Below, in pieces: positions 54,801 to 64,000 of a DNA stretch of 64,000 nt; within the stretch, counting starts at the first letter, position 1; every line of letters starts with the position of its first letter. The position numbers and the translations under genes are program-made. Below the pieces are notes generated by a model. The model did not search any database. It was given only the letters and a program-made list of their open reading frames with translations, and was not told where the DNA came from. The stretch is from the NCBI GenBank assembly GCA_907165135.1, contig OU015567.1:11346001-11410000 (forward strand). Direction: 5' to 3'. Origin of the DNA: Oikopleura dioica (Eukaryota; Animalia; Chordata).

Positions 54801-57711
54801 TAAACATAATTCAACAGTAGTTGAGGGCTCAGCAACTGAAAACAGCAAGAAAAGAACCCGTCCAAAGTCTTCACCAGATCGTCAATACTCAGCCGGCGCC
54901 GATCCGAATGCGACTTTAACCGAAGTTGGAGCAGCTCATCTCCCGAAACATACAAAACGAGCACACCGTGAAACGAGGCCCGTCGAACCTCTAAACATCG
55001 GCACAAACTCGGGTCAGTCATACGACTAAGCGCAAGTACTGCCCCACTCAGGTCCCCTATTCATCGACCGGGGCCTGAAAAGGTACGGAAATTATCACAG
55101 TTTACCGTCGCCGACGTATTTTGAGTTCTTCTACATGTGCAGCTACTCCTTCATGTCATCACCGCTCGGACATCACGAAAACTTCGCATCTGATTCAAGC
55201 TTTTTCCCAAAAAAGGGTTTTTTAACGCGAATCAGACTGCCTCGACGTTTCGAACCTGCCATGTTACTCATCTTACGCTTATACTCCTGCAAAAATCACA
55301 CACTTTGGCCTTAGAGGACGTTTCAGTCTCATGGGGGGGTATTGGGATCTTAGATTCGTTAGACTCCCTCGTCCCCTAAGGTCACTTGCTTATCTAGATC
55401 GAGCTTTGCTCGGTCGCCGCCGTGTATTTCTCTTCATTCGGTAATTCACGCAGTTCGTGAATTAACCTCTATTTTACTCCAGCTCGAAATACAGACGTCA
55501 AGATACTTTACTCGTTTTCTTCACTCGTCCAGATATAGAGAGCAGGCAAACTACGCTAGAAGTGGGAGATTCAGCAGAAGCTAGGATCCCTTCAAGACCT
55601 TTTACAAAATGCGTTCTAAAACAATCAGTTCTTGGAACAACCAAGGAATGGACTACCTACGCGATACTCTGAGAAGAAATGGCCAGGGTGGAAAGCAAAA
55701 CGACCCTTACAACCAAAGTCCCAAATACGTTAATCTGAAGAATGTAATTGAGGATTCACTCAAAGACCTTGCAGTGAAAAGTCCGACAGATGGGAAAAAG
55801 ATCGAAGGAACAGGGAGGATTATTGTGTTTACGCACGCGACAGAAGAAAACCTTGAGGTCCAGAGCAATCAGTGGCGGAAAGACCTGACTGCTACGATAG
55901 AGAAAATCAATGCGAGCGCTAAGGCGGTAAGATATTTTCTATTTTCAAAAAATATAAAGATGCTTTGAATAAGTCATTTTTCAGAATGGAACAGTGGAGC
56001 TTGATCGGGTGGAAATCGTAATTATCGACATCAAAAACGAAAAAGTGATCAACACGGACCTGAAAATTCTTGCGGACGAAAAGTACTTCAAGCTCGAGGT
56101 TACTCATGTAGAAGCAGGTGGTTCCGAAAGTGGCAAAGAATGGCAGCTGACAGATCGAGTTGTCGAGCTGGCGACGCAGCATCACCGACTTATGCGCACG
56201 ATGATCTCTGGAATTCCCATGAAAGAAGAACAGACCTCCGGCGGCGGTGGCTCGGTTAACTATGAAGTACCGTTTTTGCACCCGCAGCTTGGCAAGTCGA
56301 CGGAAATGGTCGATCTAAAATGGAACACTCCAAAAATCGATTCCTCCCAACTGCGCCCCTGTTGTTCGGCCGTTCGAATTTCCCCGCTTGAAGTGAATTC
56401 GAGACATTCTGATTGCCTGACAAAGTATTTGTGCAACGGCCGTCGATCCGTCCTCCTCTCCTGCAAGGAGAAGGTCACTCACATGCTTGCTTGCAACGGA
56501 GGCGATATTTACCTTCACAAGCTCTCTACTCCGTTCACTCCTCAAGAACCGCCCAGTCTCGAAAGTGCTCCTGGTGGTTTGCGATACGATTATCGAATCA
56601 ACGACATGGTGAGCCTTATCAATAAGCACACGCTTTTCCCATCCCAAACTGCTACCATGGGAGCCGCAGAAACGAATAAAACTGCGATGGAGCAATACAC
56701 GCGCGTTTTCCCACTGGTGAACTCAGAATCCGCACTTTACTCAATGAGTGGAACTCAATCTGTTGATAAGATTCTCCAAATGGTTCCCAAGTCAACACTA
56801 TCGGAAGTCGAAAAGATCGAATTGATCAATGCCGCGACTGATCTCATTGAAAAAGAAAAAAATAAGGAGCCAATTCCTTGGTCAAGTGGATCACAGGGAG
56901 GAAAGCCGCCGAAAAAAGACGAGCAGTACAAAATTCTCTGGTCTGAGATCAAAACACTTTTTGAGGCGCATATTGGTAAATTCTAGTCCTTGATTTTCAA
57001 CTTAACAGTTTTAGATAACTCTACTGCGCACAAAGAAGTATCAGATAAAATCTTCGCCACGCGCGGTCGCCCAGACGAACCCAAAGAGACCCCGATGGAA
57101 GTAGACACGACTGAAATCGAAAAAGATCCAAATTTCAACCCCGATGAAATTCCTACAAAAACGATTTTCGAGTGCTTGCTTGAGATTGACGCCAAGAAGC
57201 CAAAGCGCCCGCGGTTTTATGGACAAGTCATGGGCAGAGAGTAAGAAGTTGACATTTAGCTTGATTGATCCTCGTTTAGCAAGGTTCAGCTTTACCCGTT
57301 TCTTGGAGGCGAATCGGACAACGTTGATAACATGAGAAAAGACGGATCCGATAATATGGAGAATAAGAAGGCCCTTGACGCGATGAATCAAAAACTGGTG
57401 AAGAGTATGATGCCAAAGGGAGATCACGGACCGGTAGATCCAAGATCGAGGGCGCAGAAAAGAGGCGTCTCGGCTGATCCCGTTCAAAGGAGGGGAGATG
57501 TTGATAGTAAGCGACCGATAAATTAATTGAAAATATAATTTTTATTCGCAGATGTTCAAAGGAGGGGAGACACGCAAGATATCCAGCGACGCGGAGATAC
57601 TCCAGAAGGTTTTAAAACTCCACGTAACTTTATTTATCTGTATTTATAGGGCGTAACTTCAATCAAGATCCAAGACTCATGCACAGAAACATCCGCGAAA
57701 AATGGAAATAG
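48826..57711 (+). CDS. INTS13: Integrator complex subunit 13 (Asunder), exon 2 interrupted by LTR element 2
   Basis: RTVIAIDKSYYM...SMTEYCRIVWDIF, GRIIVFT, ISGIPMKEEQ...SVNYEVPFLHP, RISPLEVNSRHSDCLTKYLCNGR, HMLACNGGDIYLHKL, YRIND. Confidence 0.9.
49109..49363 (+). repeat. 5' LTR, copy 2
   Basis: Same sequence as 30280-30534. Confidence 0.95.
49876..55029 (+). CDS. Intact Gag-Pol polyprotein, 1717 aa
   Basis: PR DSGA, RT YIDD, RH TDAS, IN HHCC/DDE in Gypsy order; about 200-aa low-complexity tail; no env ORF. Confidence 0.97.
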   Translation: MAANKSLLETVTEIRSINDRVNYLEEQVRNDESLKPSLEPLITESRVKLEQLSTTLLTCELDQGKDSTNATMREEAWVATTRSRHVQDLPKLDAACNTSFNTFLGRADIYHRAYVRDRPSREQPFIAAVYSHFDLNIERSLGTEFLNCQDWKSAKALLEKSFAAKSHYLLKLSEVFDVEYDHSKPFAHYTANVLQKMNEAKQATLNSYRQEKSADAGVDEIFDIFSTMMLYLNLRKEEPDVFNAILPSLSKVYDINELCRLAQSTRQNRVDSATVSQHFNRNKNKKKKNAKRASNDSKDGKDDKQPESKKINTTKNVEDFQPFDVHFYTVKKKRPGKAYFASATIITGSKSFDVSMEVDSGAESSCLSAAYVPDEFLQMLKPCPFKVTGFSPNIPAEQPMGILPCRLSFNGGPAFSLNLTIMPGSKYPSLLGRDILENAMTDSFTVDNKNRTLSFCYNEAFTQTETQVVKLDGVKRTKIKKYLTTRSAVKDSDRSRTQPPPKVPKLDAPNKNAARCPIQLAKQKLGITLPANADPGQKKVVAELCLEFDDRFGCDGQKMGEFPFEIEIPTDGTSRNISQHPIPQAFHGQVSDHISELLETKIIEEIKDQKGFNSPVLPIPKKSGEMRFCINYKNSLNKCLSDKSDPYHLPSMEDTIANIGPGNKFFATVDLRSGYWQCPVKKSDRYKTSFQWGGKSYAFCRLPFGYRCSGNIFSRVVNTILDSSPTRKKMLSYIDDIVCFGKTFSCYYNTLRNLFIALRKFNAKLKGEKCSFLQSEAHFLGRIINEDGIKPDPAQVSALRQMKPPRSQKELASLIGSLNWIRGFLETKMGEAISSGCFSSRMKPINDVRNSANETNCFKWTKEADLALKEIQRRLSETPVISFPNFDESFHLYTDASLYAAGGVLLQEYGGRVHLVSAISHTFNKAERKWNTSEKEMFSIVWCCERLEKLLKGRFFQIHTDHRSLIFLHKKKFKNSKISRWQSRLEEFDFHIVYIKGSENQFADFMSRRPGEDDKSLGYDSEFPVGREYEIDKNSPVRVFVPFWNENQFPEKITLSEVKIHKVNVKAIAAPMEIPLVSANYNNILDYQREDSALSAIITFLESGKEPLDIKSLVKDSDHRQSSLLKMEKALFLDNTTGCLMCQFKSGARAVVPEAVKSHFLFLAHDLSGHLGEPRTLERLEDVWWPSFQDDVSNYVHSCVPCLRRKGSAGTRTKPPLGTLRRGKTAGESIQIDFACMPPAGGFKYYLVVADTFSRYTWCIPTRSDTAICAAKALIYKVFLPMDFLPKHLHSDRGTHFCASVIDEMCKLNQIKHTISTAFHPQSNAFAERANRTIKNSLFCMVNSSSGRKTWADCVPHVMRALNSVKNKSTKISPREVWFGRKSTFTHSTGAEMTAETPQVFGLNVGALAKSAEAIVKTAMEAADRAMEHRLKNEPKPRPIPAGAVVYIKRENLTDAKSKKERWVGPLKAVSSNDWVVMVEDKKGQRDFIHREHVVHAAERNHDLRWIDYYEAEYVFPHLTEIVKSKVPQKSPVPTSKPMEKSGSKSHGGRKSSQVASTPMVAMEKPPRSSLSPILESRRRLDMENLGDTTATSILDSSVAPAEPSDRWYSGGTLYETAEDMSADATVISEVAAPDNSHMSVDKHNSTVVEGSATENSKKRTRPKSSPDRQYSAGADPNATLTEVGAAHLPKHTKRAHRETRPVEPLNIGTNSGQSYD
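55340..55594 (+). repeat. 3' LTR, copy 2
   Basis: Same sequence as the other LTRs; followed by TSD AGAC. Confidence 0.95.
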
Positions 57712-57839
57712 AAGCTTTTTCTATCAGTATTATTGAGTACCGAGTTCTTCAATCAACTGCCACGTTTTTTTTTTCTCAGAAAAAAATGAACACACAACAT
57801 GTCCAGGACTCACTTTTTCAATTCTCGGTGTTTTTTAGA

Positions 57840-58706
57840 ATGGGTAAGAATGTTAAGCTTTCAACAACGGAATCGATAGTCGCTGGATCAGTGGCAGGAC
57901 TTGTATCTGGTTTTTCTTTTCAGCCACTTGAAGTTCTTCGTACTAGAGCAATAGGTAGAGAAATTTGATTTTACTCAGAGTTCTGTATTAAATTTTAGGG
58001 ACGAAAGGCGTTAATTCAATCATAATCGCTCGAAAAATAATTTCATCGGATGGCTATTCCGGTCTTTGGAGAGGAACCGTCGCAAGTCTATACCGCCAAG
58101 TCCCCGGGATCGCCTGGTTTTATGCTGTGATTGAAAAGATGTCTCCAAAAACATCCACAGATAGAGTCGCTGCTGGTTTTATAGCTCGTTCTTCTGCCAC
58201 CACAGTTTTTCTCCCCCTCGTTGTGATAAAGACCCAGATTGAATGGGGAAATGGAAAATCGATTGGCGAGGTGGCTAGGAATATCTACAAGAGCGAAGGC
58301 GTCAGGGGATTCTGGAGAGGGCTGTTTCCGACGCTTCTAAGAGATGGACCTTACTCAGCTCTTTATGTTCTGTTTTACAAATCTTTACAGGATTCATTTG
58401 GTTCGGAACGAGCGAGGTATGATCAGGAAGAAAACGAATTGATATCACCTTCTTTTTAGCGTTAATTTCCTTCTTGGTATTCTCGCTGGAGCATCAGCAG
58501 TGATTCTAACCCAGCCCGCAGACGTATTGCGCTGCCATCTCCAAATCGACCAGCGTATTGGACTGGAAAACTTCAAATCTCACATACGCGAGCGAGGCAT
58601 TCTACGAGCTCTATATCTCGACGGTATTGGTCCTAGAATAACAAGGCGTACGCTCGTTTCCGCCGTCAATTGGACCATCTTCGAAGAGCTAAAAAGAAGA
58701 CTTTGA
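57840..58706 (+). CDS. SLC25A38: Mitochondrial glycine carrier SLC25A38-like
   Basis: Carrier signatures QPLEVLRTR, LPLVVIKTQIE, QPADVLRC; family motifs TLLRDGPYSALYVLFY and PRITRRTLVSAVNWTIFEE. Confidence 0.85.
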
Positions 58707-58798
58707 GAACTTATTTTCTGTATTATTCTTTGCCTATGATTTCTTCAACAATTCCTTGCAAAAAACGCCTTTCTATAAAATCTTGTTCAACTCAGATT

Positions 58799-59727
58799 AT
58801 GGATAAAATACTCCATTCAAAATCGGACAAGACAGTCGTTCAACAAGTCCGAGAGCTGCCAGATCTTACGACAAACATCTCCGAAGCCAAAGAAAATGAA
58901 ATCATGAGGAAAAGGCGTCCCCTGAAGCTAACCATCGCTAATTTATCCGCGAAAGATACGCTTTCAGTGAAAAATGAATGGTTTAAAACTGGAAAGTTTT
59001 TCAATCATCCAGTCGATACAATTGCGCCAGGACAAAAGCTAACATTTTATGTAAATGAAAGAAATCGGGTTTTGATAAATAATTATTCTAGTGCGTCAAT
59101 ACTGATGGCTTTCATTTGGCTGGTTTGAGCGGTGGAGTGGCGGTTGAAGTCAAATCGAAGGTACGGCAGTCTTTGAGGTTTTCTTGTTTGAAACATACGA
59201 AAACTTCAGAACCAGTACGTTGATTTTTATTCATGTCACATGGATGACGAGGTTTTTTTTGTTTTATTTCAAATAAGAGAAGCACGTTTAATTACCCGTT
59301 GTAAATTTAGGAGAGAAAGAATTTCTTTGATTCACCTCTATCTGAGCCAAAAGACCAGGTCAACAAGAATGTTGAATTAATCGCCTAATTTGATTTCCAC
59401 TTACGATTCTCTTGATTTATAATCTTATTGAATCAAAACTTGATTGACGGAAACTATCGTCGATAGTCTATCGATCACCTAAAACTATTTTAACTATATT
59501 TATAGAAACGGCGTGACGAGTACCTAATCTGTACCTTCTTCAACCCTCTCGTTGGCTGCATCAAGTCCTCCATGTTTCTATCAACAGAAAGCGGGGATGA
59601 TCAAATTCAAGCTCTGTGGGAACCAATGATGGAATGTGCTGTCGTCAAGGAATCTTTCTACGGCAGTTATCGAGAATCCGACAAACACATAATTTTCGTC
59701 TGGAAAGATTCAAATATCAACTGGTAG
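58799..59727 (+). CDS. Actinoporin/aegerolysin-like beta-sandwich protein (tentative)
   Basis: LKLTIANLSAKDTLSVKNEWFKTGKFFNHPVDTIAPGQKLTFY/CVNTDGFHLAGLSGGVAVEV.../YLICTFFNPLVGCIK follows the strand pattern of this superfamily; GT-AG introns. Confidence 0.55.
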
Positions 59728-59913
59728 AGAAATGACAATCATCAAACGAAAAGATCAAAATTCAGCATGACACCCATTTCTGCAAAAATCATTTTAGTTT
59801 CCTCCCATTTTGTTTCACTGACCTGTTCTACGAACCATGAGTTACCTTAATTTTTCAACCTTGCAAATAGACCTAATGTGCAATTTTATTTTACGCTGAA
59901 AATGATGTTTTAG

Positions 59914-60444
59914 AAAATTCGCTTCGAATGGGTCTATCGAGTAGCCTTTGTAATTTTCTCCATTGGGGTTGAGTACATTCCATCTTCTGAATCTCTACTA
60001 GTCCGAATCATCCACGATTTCGGCGCGCATTTCGTTCAAAATGTTCTTGTTTCAATAATTATTCTTGAGCGCTTCACAATTTGGAACATTTGGGTTCCTT
60101 TCGTCGCTTCCTTGCTAGATGTTGATCATTTTATAGCTGCAAAATCCCTTTCTTTTGTTAAGGCAACTTCGCTAGAAAAACAGGCGCCTTTTCATAATCT
60201 TGCATTACCCCTTCTCATCATCTGCCTTGGTGGCATATTTTTATACAATAATCAAAAAGCTTTTTATATTAATTCTTTAGCTCTTAGCTTGTGCTTGTTT
60301 GTCCACCTTTGCCGGGATGGTCTCAGGCGCGGAGTTGCCTTTTTCTCCTTCAGAAGTCCTCCTATTCCCTTTCCAATTTATGTTTTTGTTATATCTGTTC
60401 ATCTCTTTCTCCTAGAGTTCCTTACTAAACTATTTCTAACCTAG
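59914..60444 (+). CDS. TMEM267: TMEM267-like membrane protein (start codon not located)
   Basis: ASLLDVDHFIAAKSLS...PFHN...VHLCRDGLRRG. Confidence 0.8.
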   Translation, partial: KIRFEWVYRVAFVIFSIGVEYIPSSESLLVRIIHDFGAHFVQNVLVSIIILERFTIWNIWVPFVASLLDVDHFIAAKSLSFVKATSLEKQAPFHNLALPLLIICLGGIFLYNNQKAFYINSLALSLCLFVHLCRDGLRRGVAFFSFRSPPIPFPIYVFVISVHLFLLEFLTKLFLT

Positions 60445-60470
60445 TTTTTGTAATCAGATTTATTTTTTAG
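60445..60470 (+). promoter_or_regulatory. 26-nt intercistronic spacer ending in a putative trans-splice acceptor
   Basis: TMEM267 stop at 60444, then TTTTTGTAATCAGATTTATTTTTTAG, then ATG at 60471. Similar acceptors precede ATGs at 45667, 47199, 57840 and 58799. Confidence 0.6.
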
Positions 60471-61968
60471 ATGCGTCGAAATGGAATACAGTACAGACCG
60501 CAGCCTTGGTATTATCTCACAAAATTCTTTTGGTATAATATTGGAATAGTTCTTGAACAAATTTTCGCTAGAAGTTGCACTCCAAGGGAAGGATATTCGA
60601 CAGCTACTAGTTGAACGTAAAAATTCATGGAAAAACAGTTGAAAATCCTTCAAAAGATTACGTCCGAATTACTTCGCTCTCCTCTTTCACCTTATCCTTA
60701 CTACAAATTTCACTCCCCTCGCCTCCATAGGATTTTTTATTTGCATCATATACGAGCTGTTCGACAGGAGCGCGCACGTATCTTCAATTGCACCCGAAGC
60801 ACCTCCCGAAGATGTACTGAAGCGGGAATCGAAAACGATTTCAGTATTCACCAACAACACATGCTTGATGCCCGAAGGACTGTCAAGAGTCAATAATCTA
60901 CCTTACACTTTAGAACGGGCGACGCAAATTGGTAAGTGCCATTGATTCAATGGCATCGAAATCAACTCATATTTCTATGGAAAAATTAAGGTGACATTCT
61001 TCTAAACCCCAGTGGCAAGCGCCACGACGAAATCATAAACGAAGACATTCCCGACGACCTGGACGTAATCTGCTTGCAAGAAGTCTTCAACGAAGACGCG
61101 TGGAAGATTCTCAACGATAAACTCCGCTCAAAATATCCTTATATTCTGTTTGATGCGCACAGAGTGCGCGTTACCAATTTCAAGTTCTCAATGGTGAACT
61201 CGGGACTATACATTGCCTCCAAGTATCCTATCGTTCAGTCAAAATTCTATCCGTTCAAAAATTCATATGCCGAAGATGCCTTATCTGGAAAAGGTAAGAA
61301 CCGTTTTCGAAAAAGAAAACGGCAACTTGAATCGTGAAATTTCAGGCCTTTTATGCGCCGAGATCCGGATCGGCGAGAAAACAAGCATAATCATCGCCAA
61401 TACCCACATGCAAGCTCCAACAGCCTCTTTTGTCAAATCGAGTGCGACTCGCACCGAACAGTACAAAGAAATGGAAGACTACATGTCCGAGTTTGGCGAT
61501 ATGGCTGAGCTCGAAGTTCAAGCCGAAATCATTACTGGCGATTTCAACACTGATCCGCGCTCGCCCATCGATGATGCTTGCCTCAAAAGGTAAAATAACG
61601 CTGAAAGAATGAATTAACAAGAGTTTCTTCCCAGCCAAATCTTTGAGGACTTCCGAGATCCACTGGCTCATTGCGAGCTTGGCTCATGTCTAAAAGTCGT
61701 TGCATCCCGCCTTGAAGAAGTCCAAACGCCATCTGGGCTCAAGCAAGTCCTCTTAGATAAAGATCCAAAATTCATCTGGTCGAGTTCGAAGCTCAACAAA
61801 GACACAGGAGAAGTAGAATCACTTGACAACGGATGCACCCGATTCGACTACATCCTGATCCTTCCCCACACACCCAAGCCAATTTCTGTCACTGCTCAGT
61901 TCCACACGAAACTCGCGGGGCTCACTGATCACGTACCTATTTCCGCGGTTTTAAGTCTTCAAAGCTAA
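60471..61968 (+). CDS. Neutral sphingomyelinase, SMPD3/SMPD5 type (EEP fold)
   Basis: CLMPEGLSRVNNL..TLERATQIG, DVICLQEVF, NSGLYIASKYPI, DALSGKGLL, NTHMQAP, GDFN, RFDYIL, LAGLTDHVPI. Confidence 0.9.
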
Positions 61969-62319
61969 CATTGCTTTTCTTCTTTTTCTTGCTATTCCTA
62001 TTTTTTCACATGCTTCTAAATAGTTCTCACAAAAATCACAAAAAACACCAAAGACAGACTATTGAGATAGGTAAATATGACTGTAGCCGATCTCAAATTT
62101 CGTTTTAACATTGCATAATTTATTGCGTGCAAATATTTCGTCTCTGACAGGAATTTTCAATTGAAGCAGAAGGTACTGTTGATGAAGGTGCAATAAATAA
62201 CTTCAAAAATAATCTGAAACAATATTTTTGAAAACATCGAAATCGTAAAAATAAGGCATCAAATGAGGATAAGGCGAGCGGTTACTGAGAAGTACGGAAG
62301 AGAAAAATCAATCGTTGCA

Positions 62320-63274
62320 TCACTGAGTCTGAGCAAATGTGCCGGAGCCGACTCCATACCCAAACCCTTTAGGGCCGAAATTCTTGCCATAGCAGCTTTT
62401 GCAGTAGATTTCCTTTTCCCGCTCGGTGATAGTTGTTGAATCCAAACGCTTATTGCACAAAGCACATTTTACGCATTGCTAAAGATAAAACAGTTACTGC
62501 TTTGGCTCAATATTAGTTTTATTACCTTGTGCCAGTTGATTCCATTTGCAACCATTTTCTCGGCAAAGTAAACTCTGTCATTGCATCGCGGGCATCGGTC
62601 GTTTCCTGCCTTGTAATTCTCCGGATATTTAGTCTTTCCTGCTGGGGCAGCTGCGGCCGGAGCGGCGCCTAAGAAAAGTATTAAATCGTCACATTGGCAT
62701 TTTAAAAACGCGTTGATTTGTAAGGTGTCTCTGGAACGTACCGGTTCCGACGGGTGTAGCAGCCGGCGCAGCTTGCGGTTTGTGAACAAAGTTCTGAGGC
62801 TGGGCTTGTTCAGAAGACATTACTCCGGCTCCGCCATTGCCAAATCCGTAGCCACTAAGAACAAAAAATTATCGAATGGATCCTGTTGGAGGGTCTTACC
62901 TTGGACCGAAGTTTTTCCCGTAGCATGACTTGCAGAACGGCTTTTCATCGCGAATACAAACGAAAGAATCTAAAGACTGCAGCACAGGTTATTTGAAATT
63001 CAAGGGCAACGGCAAAATGTAAATATAATTGATAAATACAGTCTTCATATAAGAAAATATGGATGTGTCGAATTAATATATTTTCAATCACGCTTGTGTT
63101 CACCTTCTTGCACGCGATGCATCTGAAGCAAGCTTTGTGGAAAGTCCCAGCTTCAGAGATTTTCTCTTCTGCCTAATAACAAGTTACTAACAGTACTTTC
63201 AGTAATTATCTGACCTTATAAACAGTCTTTGTGCAGGCAACGCACTTGGGACCTCCTCCGAGAACAAGTGGCAT
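62320..63274 (-). CDS. Cysteine- and glycine-rich LIM protein (CSRP/MLP family)
   Basis: [23 protein letters not shown]...FHKACFRC; [10 protein letters not shown][YF]G twice; [14 protein letters not shown]. Confidence 0.92.
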
Positions 63275-64000
63275 TCTAAAAAGTAGGAAAATGTGTGAGT
63301 CTCTTTATGAAATTATGAGTCTCTCCCAAGAAGAGAAGTGAAATGCGGCGCCCTTTTTGTTTTACGTTTGAAGAAAATAGTGCTGCGCCACGTTAAATCG
63401 AGGGAGACCACACTCAAGCACACGTACGCTATGATGATGTCATGACTGTATCCGCTACTGACTGTAGTCCCTCGCGTAACTAAATACAAGGTACTTCCTC
63501 AAGATATTATTTGTTATATGATATATTATTTGATATAACTTATATCTCAAGTTATCACACGACTAGTTGCATATATAGACTCATGTTGATAGAACGAAGA
63601 AGTGAAGTGGTGAAGTTGAACTTTCAAAACTCAGTTTCGATATTTTCATATGTTGAGGACCAGTGAGGAAAAAGCAAACAGAAGTTGGACGGCTCCGAAC
63701 CAGCGAAAATGTCCACGATATTTTTTTCTTAAATTTTATCGATCAACGATAAATTTTTAAGAGCCTGAACTTACGATCATCGATTCTTTGAGCTATAGCG
63801 CGGGCAGCAAGATATAATTTTCCGTAAAAAGTAGCATTGTCGACGGATTCGCGTTGCTCTCGCCAAATATAGAGCGCTTTTGTCGATAAAAGAATCGAAA
63901 TTGGCTTGAGTTGAAGTTGCTCGAACCGGTAGTGACTATTCAAATGACGGCACTCCGCCTTTTTCAAGATTTCTAAAAGAATTCCGTATATCTAAGTCTT

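Larger units (their letters stand above)
49109..55594 (+). mobile_element. Full-length Ty3/Gypsy (Tor-like) LTR retrotransposon, copy 2
   Basis: 255-bp LTRs 49109-49363 and 55340-55594; TSD AGAC (49105-49108, 55595-55598); PBS TGGTATCAGAG; intact 1717-aa ORF. Confidence 0.97.

Noticed and set aside
55030-55339. env gene, as in some Tor elements
   Set aside because: Only about 310 nt lie between the pol stop and the 3' LTR, with no signal-peptide/TM ORF.
49100-55600. LTR element spliced out precisely as an intron of INTS13
   Set aside because: The TSD supplies an AG, but the adjacent GA donor gives a 1-nt deletion and a frameshift. Copy 1 has no suitable AG at its junction.

Overview
Gene-dense eukaryotic DNA. 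It has very short (about 35-60 nt) introns, several non-canonical GA-AG introns, and runs of co-oriented genes separated by as little as 26 nt with AG acceptors just before start codons. These are hallmarks of the larvacean tunicate Oikopleura; the organism is my inference from architecture, not a database match. Genes in order: unknown membrane protein (-), Gi/o alpha (+), VPS18 (-), small ARKS/UIM-repeat protein (-), CLCA-like (+), then a minus-strand run (PAN2, RABGAP1 C-terminus-only, TOP3A, shortened ATR, ZnT5-like, unknown membrane protein, chromo-like protein, C2H2 ZnF, double-chromodomain protein), then a plus-strand run (PAK, unknown, DNAJB, INTS13, SLC25A38, actinoporin/aegerolysin-like, TMEM267, neutral sphingomyelinase), and CSRP (-). 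Mobile DNA: two near-identical 6.5-kb Ty3/Gypsy (Tor-like) LTR elements with TA...CA termini and 4-bp TSDs, both in coding exons (one in INTS13); three piggyBac-type TTAA MITEs; one hAT MITE; and one foldback MITE in a coding exon that creates a potential in-frame GT-AG intron. Leading observations: the MITE-to-intron candidate, the exonic LTR insertions, a histone-H3-tail-like motif shared by a UIM protein and a chromo-like protein 31 kb apart, and an actinoporin-like gene in a putative operon with a sphingomyelinase. Gene boundaries were assembled by eye and homologies are recalled motif comparisons, so both are approximate.
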